Shown here one piece after another: positions 10,343-21,144 of a stretch of 64,000 nt of DNA. The stretch covers positions 672,001 to 736,000 of the forward strand of contig OZ244960.1 of assembly GCA_965222605.1 (NCBI GenBank), written 5' to 3'. The notes under the pieces are model-generated. The model saw only the letters and a list, made by a program, of their open reading frames with translations. It was not told where the DNA came from and did not search any database. The translations under genes were made by a program, and so were the position numbers. This DNA comes from Candidatus Latescibacterota bacterium. Its GTDB lineage: Bacteria > Latescibacterota > UBA2968. Numbering within the stretch: position 1 is the stretch's first letter; the number at the start of each line of letters is the position of its first letter.

Positions 10343-10425
10343 AAGGAGGTCAAATGATCTGATGCAATTGCGTTTGGGAAATCTCTTTAATACAACATAT
10401 CAATACGCAGTCGAGAAAGGAGTCT

Positions 10426-11127
10426 TTGTTGAAAAAATTACTCTTGATTTTATGCATTGTCGTGCTGTTGCCGAATGCACAGGCGACCGCACAAGAAGGT
10501 GCTTTTGGCGCTGGCGGCTTTTTTGACTTCTACATTCCCGTCTTCAACTTCAAAGACATGTACGATAGTGGTACAAAATTTGGAGGCACAGCGCATTATA
10601 TCTATCACAAGCGCAAGATGGTCGAAGTAGAATTTCACCATGCCCGCTTTAACGATGGCAGCCTTGAAACACGCACCTTCAGCTTCAGCGACGGTAATGA
10701 ATACACCAGCCCACAGGCCGAAGCCAACATGACCATTAACAGCATCAATGCCAACTGGCTATTTGCATTGCGAGAACAAGGGTTTGGCCAGGGCACAACG
10801 CTCTATCTCACATTTGGCGCGGGCCTTCACGATTATTCCAGCAAAGTCAGCGGTCTGATCTTTCCCGGTCAAATACCTTCGGGTGCCGGTGCGCCTCCCG
10901 ACCCAACCATCCTCCTGGAACCCATTGACGACACGCGCACAGCCTTTAGTGCCAGCTTTGGCGGCGGGGTTCAAATCGGTATGGGAGACAAAGCCGCGTT
11001 AGATGTGCGTGTACGCTATAATATTGTGATGGGAGAGTTGCGTCCCTTCCTAATTTGGGGCATTGAAAAAACATATCCCTTTAACCTCATTGATATCGGT
11101 GTTGGTATCAAATTCAACTTGAATTAA
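10426..11127 (+). CDS. Outer-membrane beta-barrel protein
   Basis: Signal peptide, alternating beta strands, C-terminal IGVGIKF. Confidence 0.7.
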   Translation: MLKKLLLILCIVVLLPNAQATAQEGAFGAGGFFDFYIPVFNFKDMYDSGTKFGGTAHYIYHKRKMVEVEFHHARFNDGSLETRTFSFSDGNEYTSPQAEANMTINSINANWLFALREQGFGQGTTLYLTFGAGLHDYSSKVSGLIFPGQIPSGAGAPPDPTILLEPIDDTRTAFSASFGGGVQIGMGDKAALDVRVRYNIVMGELRPFLIWGIEKTYPFNLIDIGVGIKFNLN

Positions 11128-11141
11128 AAGGAGAGCCGCGA

Positions 11142-14100
11142 ATGAAACGAATCGTTATGATTTTCATACTTTTGGGTTTTGCCCACCCCCTATATGCAGG
11201 CACCACGGGTAAAATCTCTGGTATCATCAAAGACGATCAGGGCAGCCCGCTTCCCGGCGCCAATGTGATCGTAGAAGACACGCGACTCGGCGCTGTGGCA
11301 GACGCCGATGGCAGCTATTTTATCATCAATATCCTGCCGGGACGATACACGCTCACGGCCTCGCTTATCGGATACACCAATCAGACCCAGAGCGATGTGT
11401 CGGTCAAAACGGATTTCACCACGCCACTCAATTTTCAACTCAAAGAAACCACAGTCGAATTGGCTGAACTCACGGTAGTGGCCGAACGCCCGCCCGTGGA
11501 AAAAGACAAAACCACGAGCAAATACATCATGGGCGGCGATGCGATTGATCGGCTATCTACAGTGGCAAATACGTCAGAACTCATGAGCCTTCAGGCCGGT
11601 GTCTCTCTCGACAACAACGAACCTGCCATTCGAGGCAGCTACCAGGGCAACCGGGGCAACTCGGAAACACTCGTCTATGTGGATGGCGTCGTCATGGATG
11701 CGGGCACTGCCCGGGGCGATGTTCAGTTTGTCGGTGTCAACAGCGCCGCCGTACAAGAAATTACCGTCATCACCGGCGGGATGGAAGCCGAATACGGCAA
11801 TGCCACATCTGGCGCCATTAACATCATCACCCGCGAAGGCGGCAAAAACTTTCACGGCAAAGGTCGCCTCGCCTATATTCCCCCCGGCAAAAAACACTGG
11901 GGGGGCAATGTCTATGACAGCCCCATCCACAAAGGCAGAATGAAATGGGGCGACGCGGCATGGGAAAATGAAACATACGCAGATCCCGGCCCAGATCGCC
12001 AGATGGGAACGGGCGACGACATCACCCGCATGGCCCATGAGCGCACGGACTACACGGGCATTCACGGTTATGAAGTCGATGGCTCAATCTCGGGTCCATT
12101 GCTGGGCAATGCCTCCTTTTTTGTCACCGCACAACACGAGGGACAAGCCTCACACTTTCCCTCCCCCACCAAACGCGGCATCTTCCATCAGGCCGTCTCA
12201 ACATCACCACAAACCGCCCGCTGGATCGAATCGCCCGCCAACATCAAAGGCACCTACAAACTGGCCTGGGATGTGCAATCCAACATAAAGGTTAAAGTCG
12301 GCGGGGTTTACTCCCGCCACGAAGCCTATCAGGTCGGCGAAGGCGAAAGCTGGGTGCAGGGGGTCAAGCGCACCGTTGGCCGAGAACTTCAGGGCATTGA
12401 CGTTTTCCTGCCCGCAGACGAAGCTGGCGCAGGCATCGCCAACGTCAAACACGACCTGGCATACATATCCCTCACGCACACCCTGAGCAACAAAACCTTT
12501 TACGAAGCACGGTTATCCTATTACCGCGATGCCACAGACACGACCAACGTGCCGGGCGTCACCAGCCAATTTGGCGGCGGCATTACAGAACCACTCAGAA
12601 AAGATCAGGATGGGGTATTCACCATTGGCCCCAGACGGGTCTCCATCTGGATCAACGACCATCGCGCCCGCCTCAATTTCAAACTCGATTATTCCAGCCA
12701 GATCAACAAGAACCACTTCATCAAAACGGGGATTGACCTGACGCGACACACCTACTGGTGGAACCAGATCAACTGGCCGCAGGCGGGCAAATCGCGCTAT
12801 CAACTCGCGGGCGTGCCCTATGAAATGGGCGAACCCATAAATCCCATACAGTCCGCCTTCTACCTCCAGGACAAAATGGAATTTGAAGGCATCATTGTCA
12901 ACTTGGGCGTCCGCTACGACAGGCACGACCACAATGGCGATTTTTACTCCCCACTTGCCAACAATGCCTGGGCCGGAGCACCTATGACCAACTCGTGGTC
13001 CCGGCAGCGCAAGTTTATGCCGCGCACCTCTGTATCGACCAAATCCGCATGGAGTCCTCGTCTCGGCGTTTCGCACCCCATTACGGCCAATGCTATCATT
13101 CGATTTTCCTATGGTATCTTTCATCAAATGCCCGGGTTCTGGCACCTCTATTCCTACGAATGGCGCGGTGTTGCTCCCCCCGAAGACTTCAATAACAACG
13201 GACAAATCGACGACACCGAATGGCTCAATAAAAACAACCAGCCAGCCACCACGGGCAACCCCCACCTCGACTACAAACGCTCCACCAATTTCGAGGTAGG
13301 CACAGATTGGAACTTTTACCAGGACTATGTCCTGAGCTTTACGACTTATCAGCAAAGCGTAGATGGGCAGGTTCGATTCGGCAATGCCCGGTGGCGGGAT
13401 CCCAGTCGCAAAAGTCAAAGGGGACGCAATACACCGCTCGGTTATGTCTTTACAGACAATCGGGGTTTTGAAATGAGTCTGAGAAAGGACTTCAGCCAGA
13501 ACTTCTCCTTCCAGGTCGCGTACAACCACCAGTGGCAGTCGGGAGGCAATGCGGGAATCAACCGCATTATTTACTTCCCCACCTCGCAATTTATCGCCTC
13601 CGATCTCTATTTCATCCAGCACACCAAAGACACCAATGGCGATGGCGTAGTCAATGCCAGCGACGACGGCTCAGAGGCAAAAGTATCGCTCACCCCGCAA
13701 CAGATTCAGGAAATCGGCGCCGAAGCAGACCGCTATATCCAGACCATACGAGAGGGCACCAACCCCGACTGGAACCCGCTGACCGACAGCGAAATACAGG
13801 AAGTGGAAAATCTTCCCGGTGTCTTCTTTTTCACCCGCAACACCACCTCTGACCGAAGTGCTGGCCGCGGGGGCCGTGCCGAAACCGCTGGTTTTGGCGA
13901 CCGACGCGGCACCATGAAAATCGCGTTTACGTATGAAACGCCCATGCATTACGGTCCAGCCCTCGGCGGCTTCAGGCTCAATGTGATCAACACCTTGAAA
14001 ACGGGACGCCGAATCAGCATCCCGCATCCCACACAGGGTAATGTCGAGCGATTTGGGCCTATGGAAACCAAGACCAACCTGTCTCTGGAAAAACGCATTC

Positions 14101-14363
14101 GGACAGGTAAAACAGAAGCCGTTCTATTTATGAACGTGTACAACTTCTTCAACCAGCGCGATCCAGCCACCGAGTATTTCTGGCGCGGTCCCTGGTTTGA
14201 CCGACATAGACAGGGTCCGCAGTCCGAACTCTGGTATCTCTATGGCATGGACATGCCCAAACCCACGGACAAAAATTATATCAACTACGGCGACACCAAA
14301 GAATACCACCGCTGGGCCGGACGGCCCCGAGAGATCAGCATAGGTCTCCAGCTCGGATTCTAA
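11142..14363 (+). CDS. TonB-dependent receptor with N-terminal carboxypeptidase-regulatory-like domain
   Basis: GKISGII..PLPGANV, plug motif EITVITGGMEAEYGNATSGAINI, YLQDKMEF..NLGVRYD, terminal Phe. Confidence 0.9.
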   Translation: MKRIVMIFILLGFAHPLYAGTTGKISGIIKDDQGSPLPGANVIVEDTRLGAVADADGSYFIINILPGRYTLTASLIGYTNQTQSDVSVKTDFTTPLNFQLKETTVELAELTVVAERPPVEKDKTTSKYIMGGDAIDRLSTVANTSELMSLQAGVSLDNNEPAIRGSYQGNRGNSETLVYVDGVVMDAGTARGDVQFVGVNSAAVQEITVITGGMEAEYGNATSGAINIITREGGKNFHGKGRLAYIPPGKKHWGGNVYDSPIHKGRMKWGDAAWENETYADPGPDRQMGTGDDITRMAHERTDYTGIHGYEVDGSISGPLLGNASFFVTAQHEGQASHFPSPTKRGIFHQAVSTSPQTARWIESPANIKGTYKLAWDVQSNIKVKVGGVYSRHEAYQVGEGESWVQGVKRTVGRELQGIDVFLPADEAGAGIANVKHDLAYISLTHTLSNKTFYEARLSYYRDATDTTNVPGVTSQFGGGITEPLRKDQDGVFTIGPRRVSIWINDHRARLNFKLDYSSQINKNHFIKTGIDLTRHTYWWNQINWPQAGKSRYQLAGVPYEMGEPINPIQSAFYLQDKMEFEGIIVNLGVRYDRHDHNGDFYSPLANNAWAGAPMTNSWSRQRKFMPRTSVSTKSAWSPRLGVSHPITANAIIRFSYGIFHQMPGFWHLYSYEWRGVAPPEDFNNNGQIDDTEWLNKNNQPATTGNPHLDYKRSTNFEVGTDWNFYQDYVLSFTTYQQSVDGQVRFGNARWRDPSRKSQRGRNTPLGYVFTDNRGFEMSLRKDFSQNFSFQVAYNHQWQSGGNAGINRIIYFPTSQFIASDLYFIQHTKDTNGDGVVNASDDGSEAKVSLTPQQIQEIGAEADRYIQTIREGTNPDWNPLTDSEIQEVENLPGVFFFTRNTTSDRSAGRGGRAETAGFGDRRGTMKIAFTYETPMHYGPALGGFRLNVINTLKTGRRISIPHPTQGNVERFGPMETKTNLSLEKRIRTGKTEAVLFMNVYNFFNQRDPATEYFWRGPWFDRHRQGPQSELWYLYGMDMPKPTDKNYINYGDTKEYHRWAGRPREISIGLQLGF

Positions 14364-14387
14364 TTTCGTTATCTAAGGAGCAATAGC

Positions 14388-16697
14388 ATGTATCCATTGA
14401 AATACATCGGATGGATGGGCGTTCTATCTGTGCTGGTACTTACATCCGAAATCTGTGCCCAGCAACCCGAACTTCAACGCCACCTCACCCGGGGCAAGCT
14501 CTGGGCCACTTTTCGCAACACCGGCACCCAGGGCCTGCGCGACGACAGCCGCCTGGGCGCAGATGCCGGATTGATGTATCCCGGCTGGGGCATTGGCGAG
14601 CGCGACTTTACAGAATACTGGATCATTGGACAGGACAGCGACCACCGCTATCACACCAGCCAGGGCGAGGGTTTTTGGGTTTTCACCAAAGAAGGCGGGT
14701 CATACAATGTATCTACCTCCAATCCGCGCTACAATACCGACGACATCTTTGAAATGATCTACGATGCCGCTTCGGGTCCAGAGCGCGATTTGGGTGTTGA
14801 AACCCGATCAGCTCTCACGGGCAATACCACGGCCAATTACTGGCCCGGATCACCTGCACTGGTGGCCGACGAACCCATCGAAATCCACAACTACGATTAC
14901 GGACGCTATATTCCCAACGACAACGAGGCCGAAGAAATCATCATCTCCAAATGGACGACAGAACGCGGCCTCACCATTACCCGCAAAGCCAGAGCGTGGA
15001 GCTATCCGGACTACGACGACTTCTTCATTCTGGAAGTCATCATCGAAAACACCGGCGATAACAACGGAGACGGCACACCCGATGAAGGGCTACCCGTTGA
15101 TCACAAGGATGTCTATTTCGCCTTTGTGAACAACCTGGCCCCGTCGTGGGCCGGACACCGATGGCAGAACCAAACCGCACCGTGGGCGTATTCCGACCCG
15201 ATCATCCTGGACGACTGGTACAAATACAGTGAAGCGTCCAATTTCGACGGCCTGGCCGATCTCCGCGGCAAGAAAATCTCTTATGTCTATGACAGCGATC
15301 TGCTCTCTTCCGCTGGAGACGACACGGGTCAGCCTTTCGATAAGAACAACGCCCAGTCAGCCTATATCAACCGGGGCCAGCTCAACAACGGCGAACTCAC
15401 GGCTTTTCAGTACATCGGCCTGGCGCCCCTGGATTATGACCCTACAGACGGATTCTCCAACGACACCGAGACCTACGTGGCCCCCAAAACAATGAACCAG
15501 CCCGCCTATGTCAACTGGTGGGAGATCTACGGGCGCTTCGATTGGGACACGCCAGATATTACCAATCTGAATAGCGACCGGAATCTCTACAATGAATTTA
15601 TTGGTTCAGGTAGAGTACCAGCCGATCAACCCAACCCCGACCATCTCAGCCGCGTAACCTTCGCACACACCTACGGCCCTTACGATCTGGCCCCCGGTGA
15701 AAAAGCCAAAGTCGTAGTCGCCTGGGTAGCCGGATCGGGTGCCGAATTTGCCGGCCCCGGCGGCAGTCCCATGGATGTTTATGAATGGGCGCGTCAGGGC
15801 AATCAAAATCAAGTCGCCGATGGAGAACGCGCACTGGCACAGCATTTGGAACGGGCACAATTTGCCTATGACAACGGTTATGACCTGCCCGACGCGCCTC
15901 CCGATGTTGCCATATTCGTAGATAGCGATGAAAATGGGAACAACGCCATCACATGGTCTGACCGAGTCGAAAAATCGCCCGACCCGGATTATACGGGCGA
16001 CGAAGCCCTGGATGTGCAGGGCTACCGGGTTTATCGCACTCAAAACAACCACCTGGGTCCCTGGGAACTTGTGGCCGATATCCCAAAGGGAGCTACCCCG
16101 ACCAACACGGAGTATGCCCCCGGCACACCCTGGACTTCCCCCACGATTTCGTACTCCGATGGGGGAACCTACACCTATCGGGACGTAGAATCAGTGCCCG
16201 GTTTCAGGTACTGGTATTCGGTGCACACGTACGATTCCGGGCACAGCGACTGGAACGGCACAGGCCGATCCATTCCATCCCTGGAATCTGGGCACAGCGC
16301 ACCCGAACAGCGCATGAATGTTTCCAGAAGCCCCATTGTGATTGCAACCGCTGAAAAAGACGCGCTGGCCGAACAGGTGCGCGTAGTCCCCAATCCCTTT
16401 CGGGACGATCCGGGAGACGTCGATCACCGGTATCCACCTGCCAGCAACAATATTCGCTTTGTCAATATTCCCCGAAAAGCCAAAATCTCCATCTTTTCTA
16501 TCTCCGGAGATCTAATCGCCGTCATCAACCACCCGCAACGCACCACCGATCCCGACCGAGGCGAAGCCACCTGGGGCCAGCGCACGCGCACATTTTCCGG
16601 GCGCGTCGCTGCCGGACGCTACTACTATGTGGTAGAATCTCTGGTTGCTGGAGAAACGGGCAAAAAACAGACCGGGATGTTTATGATCATCAAATAG
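14388..16697 (+). CDS. Secreted protein with Fn3-like region and T9SS-like C-terminal sorting domain
   Basis: Signal peptide, GYRVYR, C-terminal VRVVPNPF...KISIFSISGDLI...GRYYYVV...FMIIK. Confidence 0.7.
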   Translation: MYPLKYIGWMGVLSVLVLTSEICAQQPELQRHLTRGKLWATFRNTGTQGLRDDSRLGADAGLMYPGWGIGERDFTEYWIIGQDSDHRYHTSQGEGFWVFTKEGGSYNVSTSNPRYNTDDIFEMIYDAASGPERDLGVETRSALTGNTTANYWPGSPALVADEPIEIHNYDYGRYIPNDNEAEEIIISKWTTERGLTITRKARAWSYPDYDDFFILEVIIENTGDNNGDGTPDEGLPVDHKDVYFAFVNNLAPSWAGHRWQNQTAPWAYSDPIILDDWYKYSEASNFDGLADLRGKKISYVYDSDLLSSAGDDTGQPFDKNNAQSAYINRGQLNNGELTAFQYIGLAPLDYDPTDGFSNDTETYVAPKTMNQPAYVNWWEIYGRFDWDTPDITNLNSDRNLYNEFIGSGRVPADQPNPDHLSRVTFAHTYGPYDLAPGEKAKVVVAWVAGSGAEFAGPGGSPMDVYEWARQGNQNQVADGERALAQHLERAQFAYDNGYDLPDAPPDVAIFVDSDENGNNAITWSDRVEKSPDPDYTGDEALDVQGYRVYRTQNNHLGPWELVADIPKGATPTNTEYAPGTPWTSPTISYSDGGTYTYRDVESVPGFRYWYSVHTYDSGHSDWNGTGRSIPSLESGHSAPEQRMNVSRSPIVIATAEKDALAEQVRVVPNPFRDDPGDVDHRYPPASNNIRFVNIPRKAKISIFSISGDLIAVINHPQRTTDPDRGEATWGQRTRTFSGRVAAGRYYYVVESLVAGETGKKQTGMFMIIK

Positions 16698-16713
16698 TAC
16701 AAAGGAGATACAC

Positions 16714-17655
16714 GTGAAACGCTTGCAAATAACACTCATCCTGGTCTTCACTGCCTTTGTCCTATCGGCAACAGGCGCAGAAGCCGGACTAAAAAAACTC
16801 GGCAATGCCGGGTTCACCTTCCTCAAAGTCTCTCAAAGCGCACGCGCCGTTGCTATGGGCGATGCGTACACCGCAGTAGGCACAGGTGTGGATGCCATGT
16901 TCTGGAATCCAGCGGGCATCACGCACATTGACCGCGCCGCTTTTAGCCTGGGCTACAACAACTGGATGGTCAACTCCCAATTTTATTCCGGTGCTTTTGC
17001 CTACAACCTGGGCACACAGGCCATAGGCATCACGGTCTTGTCTTTCACACCCGATGAATTTGAAGAAACCACCATTTTCCAGCCCAATGGCACGGGCAAT
17101 ATCATTAAAGACAGCGACTTTGCCATTGGCCTAACCTATGCCATCAAATTCACCGACAGATTGTCATTTGGCGCTCAGGGCAGGTATATTCGGGAAACGC
17201 TCTACACCGATATCAACAGCGGTCTGGACATCTCGATAGGTACGCTCTTTTACACCGGATTCCGCTCTTTGCGTTTGGCCATGACGCTGAAAAATTTCGG
17301 ACAGGATATCGTCATCATCGACGATACGGCCTTCCGTCCCCTCATCTACAGCATCGCGGCTTCCATGGAACTCTACGGCAATCTGGGCGATCCGGTTTCT
17401 CTCACCGTAGCTGCGGAAAATGCCTTCTTTGTCGATTTTGAAGGCCGCATTCACACGGGCGCCGAACTCTGGCTGCACAATATTCTCGCACTGCGCGGTG
17501 GCTGGAAATTCAACAACGATACCGAGAGTTTTGCCCTTGGCTTTGGCCTCAAATACGCGCTCAATGAGCGTCCCTTCACCCTGGACTTTGCATATAGCGA
17601 TATGGGCGAGCTATTGGACCCCACCTATCGGATAACCATTGGCGGTTCTTTCTAA
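16714..17655 (+). CDS. PorV/PorQ-family outer-membrane protein
   Basis: FLKVSQSARAVAMGDAY, AMFWNPAG, terminal Phe. Confidence 0.85.
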   Translation: MKRLQITLILVFTAFVLSATGAEAGLKKLGNAGFTFLKVSQSARAVAMGDAYTAVGTGVDAMFWNPAGITHIDRAAFSLGYNNWMVNSQFYSGAFAYNLGTQAIGITVLSFTPDEFEETTIFQPNGTGNIIKDSDFAIGLTYAIKFTDRLSFGAQGRYIRETLYTDINSGLDISIGTLFYTGFRSLRLAMTLKNFGQDIVIIDDTAFRPLIYSIAASMELYGNLGDPVSLTVAAENAFFVDFEGRIHTGAELWLHNILALRGGWKFNNDTESFALGFGLKYALNERPFTLDFAYSDMGELLDPTYRITIGGSF

Positions 17656-17677
17656 AACACCTCTTATGGAATCTGGT

Positions 17678-19054
17678 ATGAAACGGATCATTTTGCTACT
17701 GTGCCTCACGCGGGGGTTCATCTCGCCAGTCACGGGAGAAGATATCCCCGTTATGGGGCAGGGTGCCATCCCATTTTGGGTCGATAGTGCCGGGTTTTAT
17801 ACGCCAGACAGCCTGAACTATGGCGAACTGTATCTCCAATGCCTTTGCCAGCACCTCACATTTAGAAAATCAAATGACCGCCAGCGGGCTATCTACCGCG
17901 TAGAAGCCACCTTTTTTTCCGAGCGCGATACCATTCCCTTCAAATGGGAAAAACAGATCATCGCAGACAAGAAAACAGACCTGCGCGATCAAATGATTAC
18001 AGAGGCATTGAGCTTTAAAATAGCCCCCGGCACCTACGGGGTTCACATGCGCCTGAAAGATTTGCAGGCCAACGCCGAAGGCAACTGTGAACTTGTCTTT
18101 ACAATGCCCGAATTTGGCAACGCTGCCTTGACCATGAGCGACATCCAGTTTGCCCATCGGATTGACGCCGCGAACACACAGACCAGCAGCAGGCTGGTCA
18201 AAAATGGGTTCAAAATCGTCCCCAATACGCGCAGGTCAATAGAGACGACCTTAAACATCTACTTTGAACTGTACGGCCTTACCACAGGCGAGGGACGCGC
18301 TGGAACTTTCGACCTCGCCTATACCCTCCTGGATACCGCGGGACAGCGGATCAGAAACTTTCCCTCGCGCTATCGCAAACCCGGCACAACCGCAATTAAA
18401 ACCGAATCTCTCGACCTCAAAGGTGTACCGCCAGGGCAGTATGTACTGGAAATTACTGCCCGCGACAATGGCACGCGAAAAATCACCACGCGCCAAAGGG
18501 TCTTTTCAATTGCAGACGTACAAAAACCCGCACTGGCAACAGACCCCGCCTCCTTAAAACGCTATTACAACCAAATCCGCTACATCGCCACAAAAGCTGA
18601 ACGTGAAGCTTATACCTCCTTAAGCACCAATGAGAAAGTGAAATTTATTCTCTCTTTCTGGAAAAAACGCGACCCAACGCCTCTAACGCCCGAAAATGAG
18701 TTTGCCACCGAACATTTCAGGCGCATGCGCTATGCAGACGAACGCTTCTCTGCACGCCCCGGGCAAAAGGGATCGGATACCGACCAGGGACGCATCCACA
18801 TCAAATATGGCCTGCCAACAGATATTGAGCGCAGTCCGTTTAGTGCCACCGGCAAAGCTTTTGAAATTTGGACCTACGAACACCTCAATTACTACGAGTT
18901 TGTATTTTTGGATCGCCTCGGAGACGGCGTTTATGAAATGATCCACGCCACTATGCCAGGAGAACGCTACAACCCCAACTGGCGAGACGAACAAGCCATC
19001 GGTGACCAAACTGACCCCACATCACTGCCATCTGAGGCATTTTCTCCGCCATAA
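17678..19054 (+). CDS. GWxTD-domain protein
   Basis: FWKKRDPTPLTPENE, GSDTDQGRIHIKYGLP, EIWTY. Confidence 0.8.
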   Translation: MKRIILLLCLTRGFISPVTGEDIPVMGQGAIPFWVDSAGFYTPDSLNYGELYLQCLCQHLTFRKSNDRQRAIYRVEATFFSERDTIPFKWEKQIIADKKTDLRDQMITEALSFKIAPGTYGVHMRLKDLQANAEGNCELVFTMPEFGNAALTMSDIQFAHRIDAANTQTSSRLVKNGFKIVPNTRRSIETTLNIYFELYGLTTGEGRAGTFDLAYTLLDTAGQRIRNFPSRYRKPGTTAIKTESLDLKGVPPGQYVLEITARDNGTRKITTRQRVFSIADVQKPALATDPASLKRYYNQIRYIATKAEREAYTSLSTNEKVKFILSFWKKRDPTPLTPENEFATEHFRRMRYADERFSARPGQKGSDTDQGRIHIKYGLPTDIERSPFSATGKAFEIWTYEHLNYYEFVFLDRLGDGVYEMIHATMPGERYNPNWRDEQAIGDQTDPTSLPSEAFSPP

Positions 19055-19077
19055 AACCGCGAGAAGCCACAAAACCT

Positions 19078-21063
19078 ATGGCAAAAACGCCATGCCCACA
19101 ATATAGGTCAGCATCCTTGCCCGAACCCAAAACAAGTGGTGTAAGCCTTCGCGCTATTGTATTGGGGCTCGCGCTCGTTGTCCTGATCAATCTCTGGATG
19201 CCCTATTCAGAGTACATCGTGCGGGCATCGCGCATGAACCTCAGCCACTTTCCGGTCGCAGTATTCATCCTCTTTCTCCTCATACGCTACCTGCTCACCC
19301 CTCTACTATCAGCCTGGAACCCCACCCTCCTTTTAACCCCTTCTGAACAGTTCGTCATCATTGCAATGGGACTCGCAGGCGGTGTGGTGCCCGGATCAGG
19401 TGTCCTCGGTTTTCTCTTTGGCACCATTGCTACCCCGTATTATTTTGCCACGCCAGAAAACCGCTGGGCGGACTTCTTCCACGCCCACCTTCCCACCTAT
19501 TTGGTACCGCCCAATACCAACGGCGCAATGCGCGATTTTTACGAAGGTGCGCTACCCGGCACTCCAATCCCCTGGTCTATATGGGGCGCGCCCCTTTTTT
19601 GGTGGCTTGTTTTCATCGCTGCCATTGTCTTTGTTTCGGCCTGTATTGCAGTCATCTTGCGCCGCCAGTGGTCTGAAAATGAGCGTTTGGCATTTCCCCT
19701 ATTAAGCCCGACCCTGCATATTGTTTCTCCAGAACAAACACGCGATAATCCCTTGCAGTACAGAGGTCTCTACTGGGCGGGATTCGCTCTCTCCTCTGGC
19801 ATTCTCTCCTGGAATATTCTCCATTTCTTCTGGCCTATCGTGCCCGATATTAAACTGACACTTCCCTTTTTTTATTTTGCCAAAGGTTATCCCCCCATCT
19901 TTCCCCGGTTCAATATTTACGTCATGGGATTTGCCTATTTTGCCAACCTCGATGTGCTGTTCAGCATGTGGTTCTTCCATCTCCTTTTTTACCAAATCCC
20001 AGGTGGCCTCTTAAATCGCATTGGATTTGACATGCCCGGCCGCGGTGACCCCTATGGTGCGCTTCACTTTTCCGGCGCGGGCTGGTTGTGTTTTGGCGCT
20101 CTGTGTTTTTTCGTTTTTTGGGGATTGTACATCTCTCGCCATCACCTCAAAGCGGTCCTTCTCAAAGCCATCAACCCGCAACACCCCATTGACGACACTC
20201 GGGAACTCCTATCTTACCGCACCGCTGTTTCGGGGCTACTTATTGGAACGCTTTTTATTTTTATCTGGTTATATCAATCCGGCATGGGGCCCTCAGCGAT
20301 CGCCTTTTACATTGCGGCTACCTTTGTCATTTACATGGGCGTGGCGCGTATCGTCGCTCAAACCGGCATTCTTTTCGTGCAAGCCCCAATCAGCGCACAG
20401 GTTTTCACCATTTATTCTCTCGGTACACACGCCCTTTCGATGCCCACCATGACATCGCTCGCCCTCTCCTACGCGCTCACCAACTATATTCGCGGTCTGT
20501 TTATGCCCGCATTAATCCATATCGCCAAACTATCCGAATGGATCAAAGCTGACCACCGCAAACTTTTAGGCGCGGTCTTTTTGGGATTAGTCGTCGGCTG
20601 TCTGACGTTTATTTTATATGTCATTCCCCTGGGTTATGAAAGGGGGGCTTTCAATTTTAACGACATTCCGCTCAAATCGGGTATCAATCGGATCTATCCG
20701 GTGATCCTCAGCAAAATTGTCAATCCCTTTGGTCCCGACTGGCAAAGGCTGGGATTTTTTGGCGGCGGCGCAACATTGATGGGATTGCTCACATTCTTAC
20801 AATATCGCTTCCCCTGGTGGCCCCTGCATCCCATTGGCCTGACTGTTTGCAGCACCAATGTCGCCCGCAGCAATCAGGTTTCTATTTTTATAATTTGGGC
20901 ATTCAAATTGTTCGTACTGCATTTTGGCGGTGTTTCTGCTTATCGTCGTTTCCAGCCCTTCTTCATTGGCCTACTTACCGGTTATGGCCTGGGAGTCGCG
21001 CTGTCTTTTATTGTCGATGCCCTGTGGTTTTCCGGTCAGGGACATTACGTACACAGGTGGTAA
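19078..21063 (+). CDS. Multi-pass membrane protein, DUF6785 / peptide-transporter-like
   Basis: LRRQWSENERLAFPL, WWPLHPIG, FFIGLL; many transmembrane segments. Confidence 0.7.
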   Translation: MAKTPCPQYRSASLPEPKTSGVSLRAIVLGLALVVLINLWMPYSEYIVRASRMNLSHFPVAVFILFLLIRYLLTPLLSAWNPTLLLTPSEQFVIIAMGLAGGVVPGSGVLGFLFGTIATPYYFATPENRWADFFHAHLPTYLVPPNTNGAMRDFYEGALPGTPIPWSIWGAPLFWWLVFIAAIVFVSACIAVILRRQWSENERLAFPLLSPTLHIVSPEQTRDNPLQYRGLYWAGFALSSGILSWNILHFFWPIVPDIKLTLPFFYFAKGYPPIFPRFNIYVMGFAYFANLDVLFSMWFFHLLFYQIPGGLLNRIGFDMPGRGDPYGALHFSGAGWLCFGALCFFVFWGLYISRHHLKAVLLKAINPQHPIDDTRELLSYRTAVSGLLIGTLFIFIWLYQSGMGPSAIAFYIAATFVIYMGVARIVAQTGILFVQAPISAQVFTIYSLGTHALSMPTMTSLALSYALTNYIRGLFMPALIHIAKLSEWIKADHRKLLGAVFLGLVVGCLTFILYVIPLGYERGAFNFNDIPLKSGINRIYPVILSKIVNPFGPDWQRLGFFGGGATLMGLLTFLQYRFPWWPLHPIGLTVCSTNVARSNQVSIFIIWAFKLFVLHFGGVSAYRRFQPFFIGLLTGYGLGVALSFIVDALWFSGQGHYVHRW

Positions 21064-21093
21064 GCAAACGCACGAAAAACAGTTCCGAATATT

Positions 21094-21122
21094 AAAAAGC
21101 CGACGTAAAAACATCGGCTTTT
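21094..21122. terminator. Bidirectional terminator between convergent operons
   Basis: aaaaagccgacgt-aaaa-acatcggctttt; same family as the 4796 hairpin. Confidence 0.65.
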
Positions 21123-21144
21123 CTTGAAAATCGCCCTATCTACC

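Noticed and set aside
12513-13622. 369-aa antisense ORF (likewise 21124-22098, 23934-24935, 40287-41231, 51948-52766, 56172-57065)
   Set aside because: These overlap well-supported genes on the opposite strand and show no recognisable motifs.
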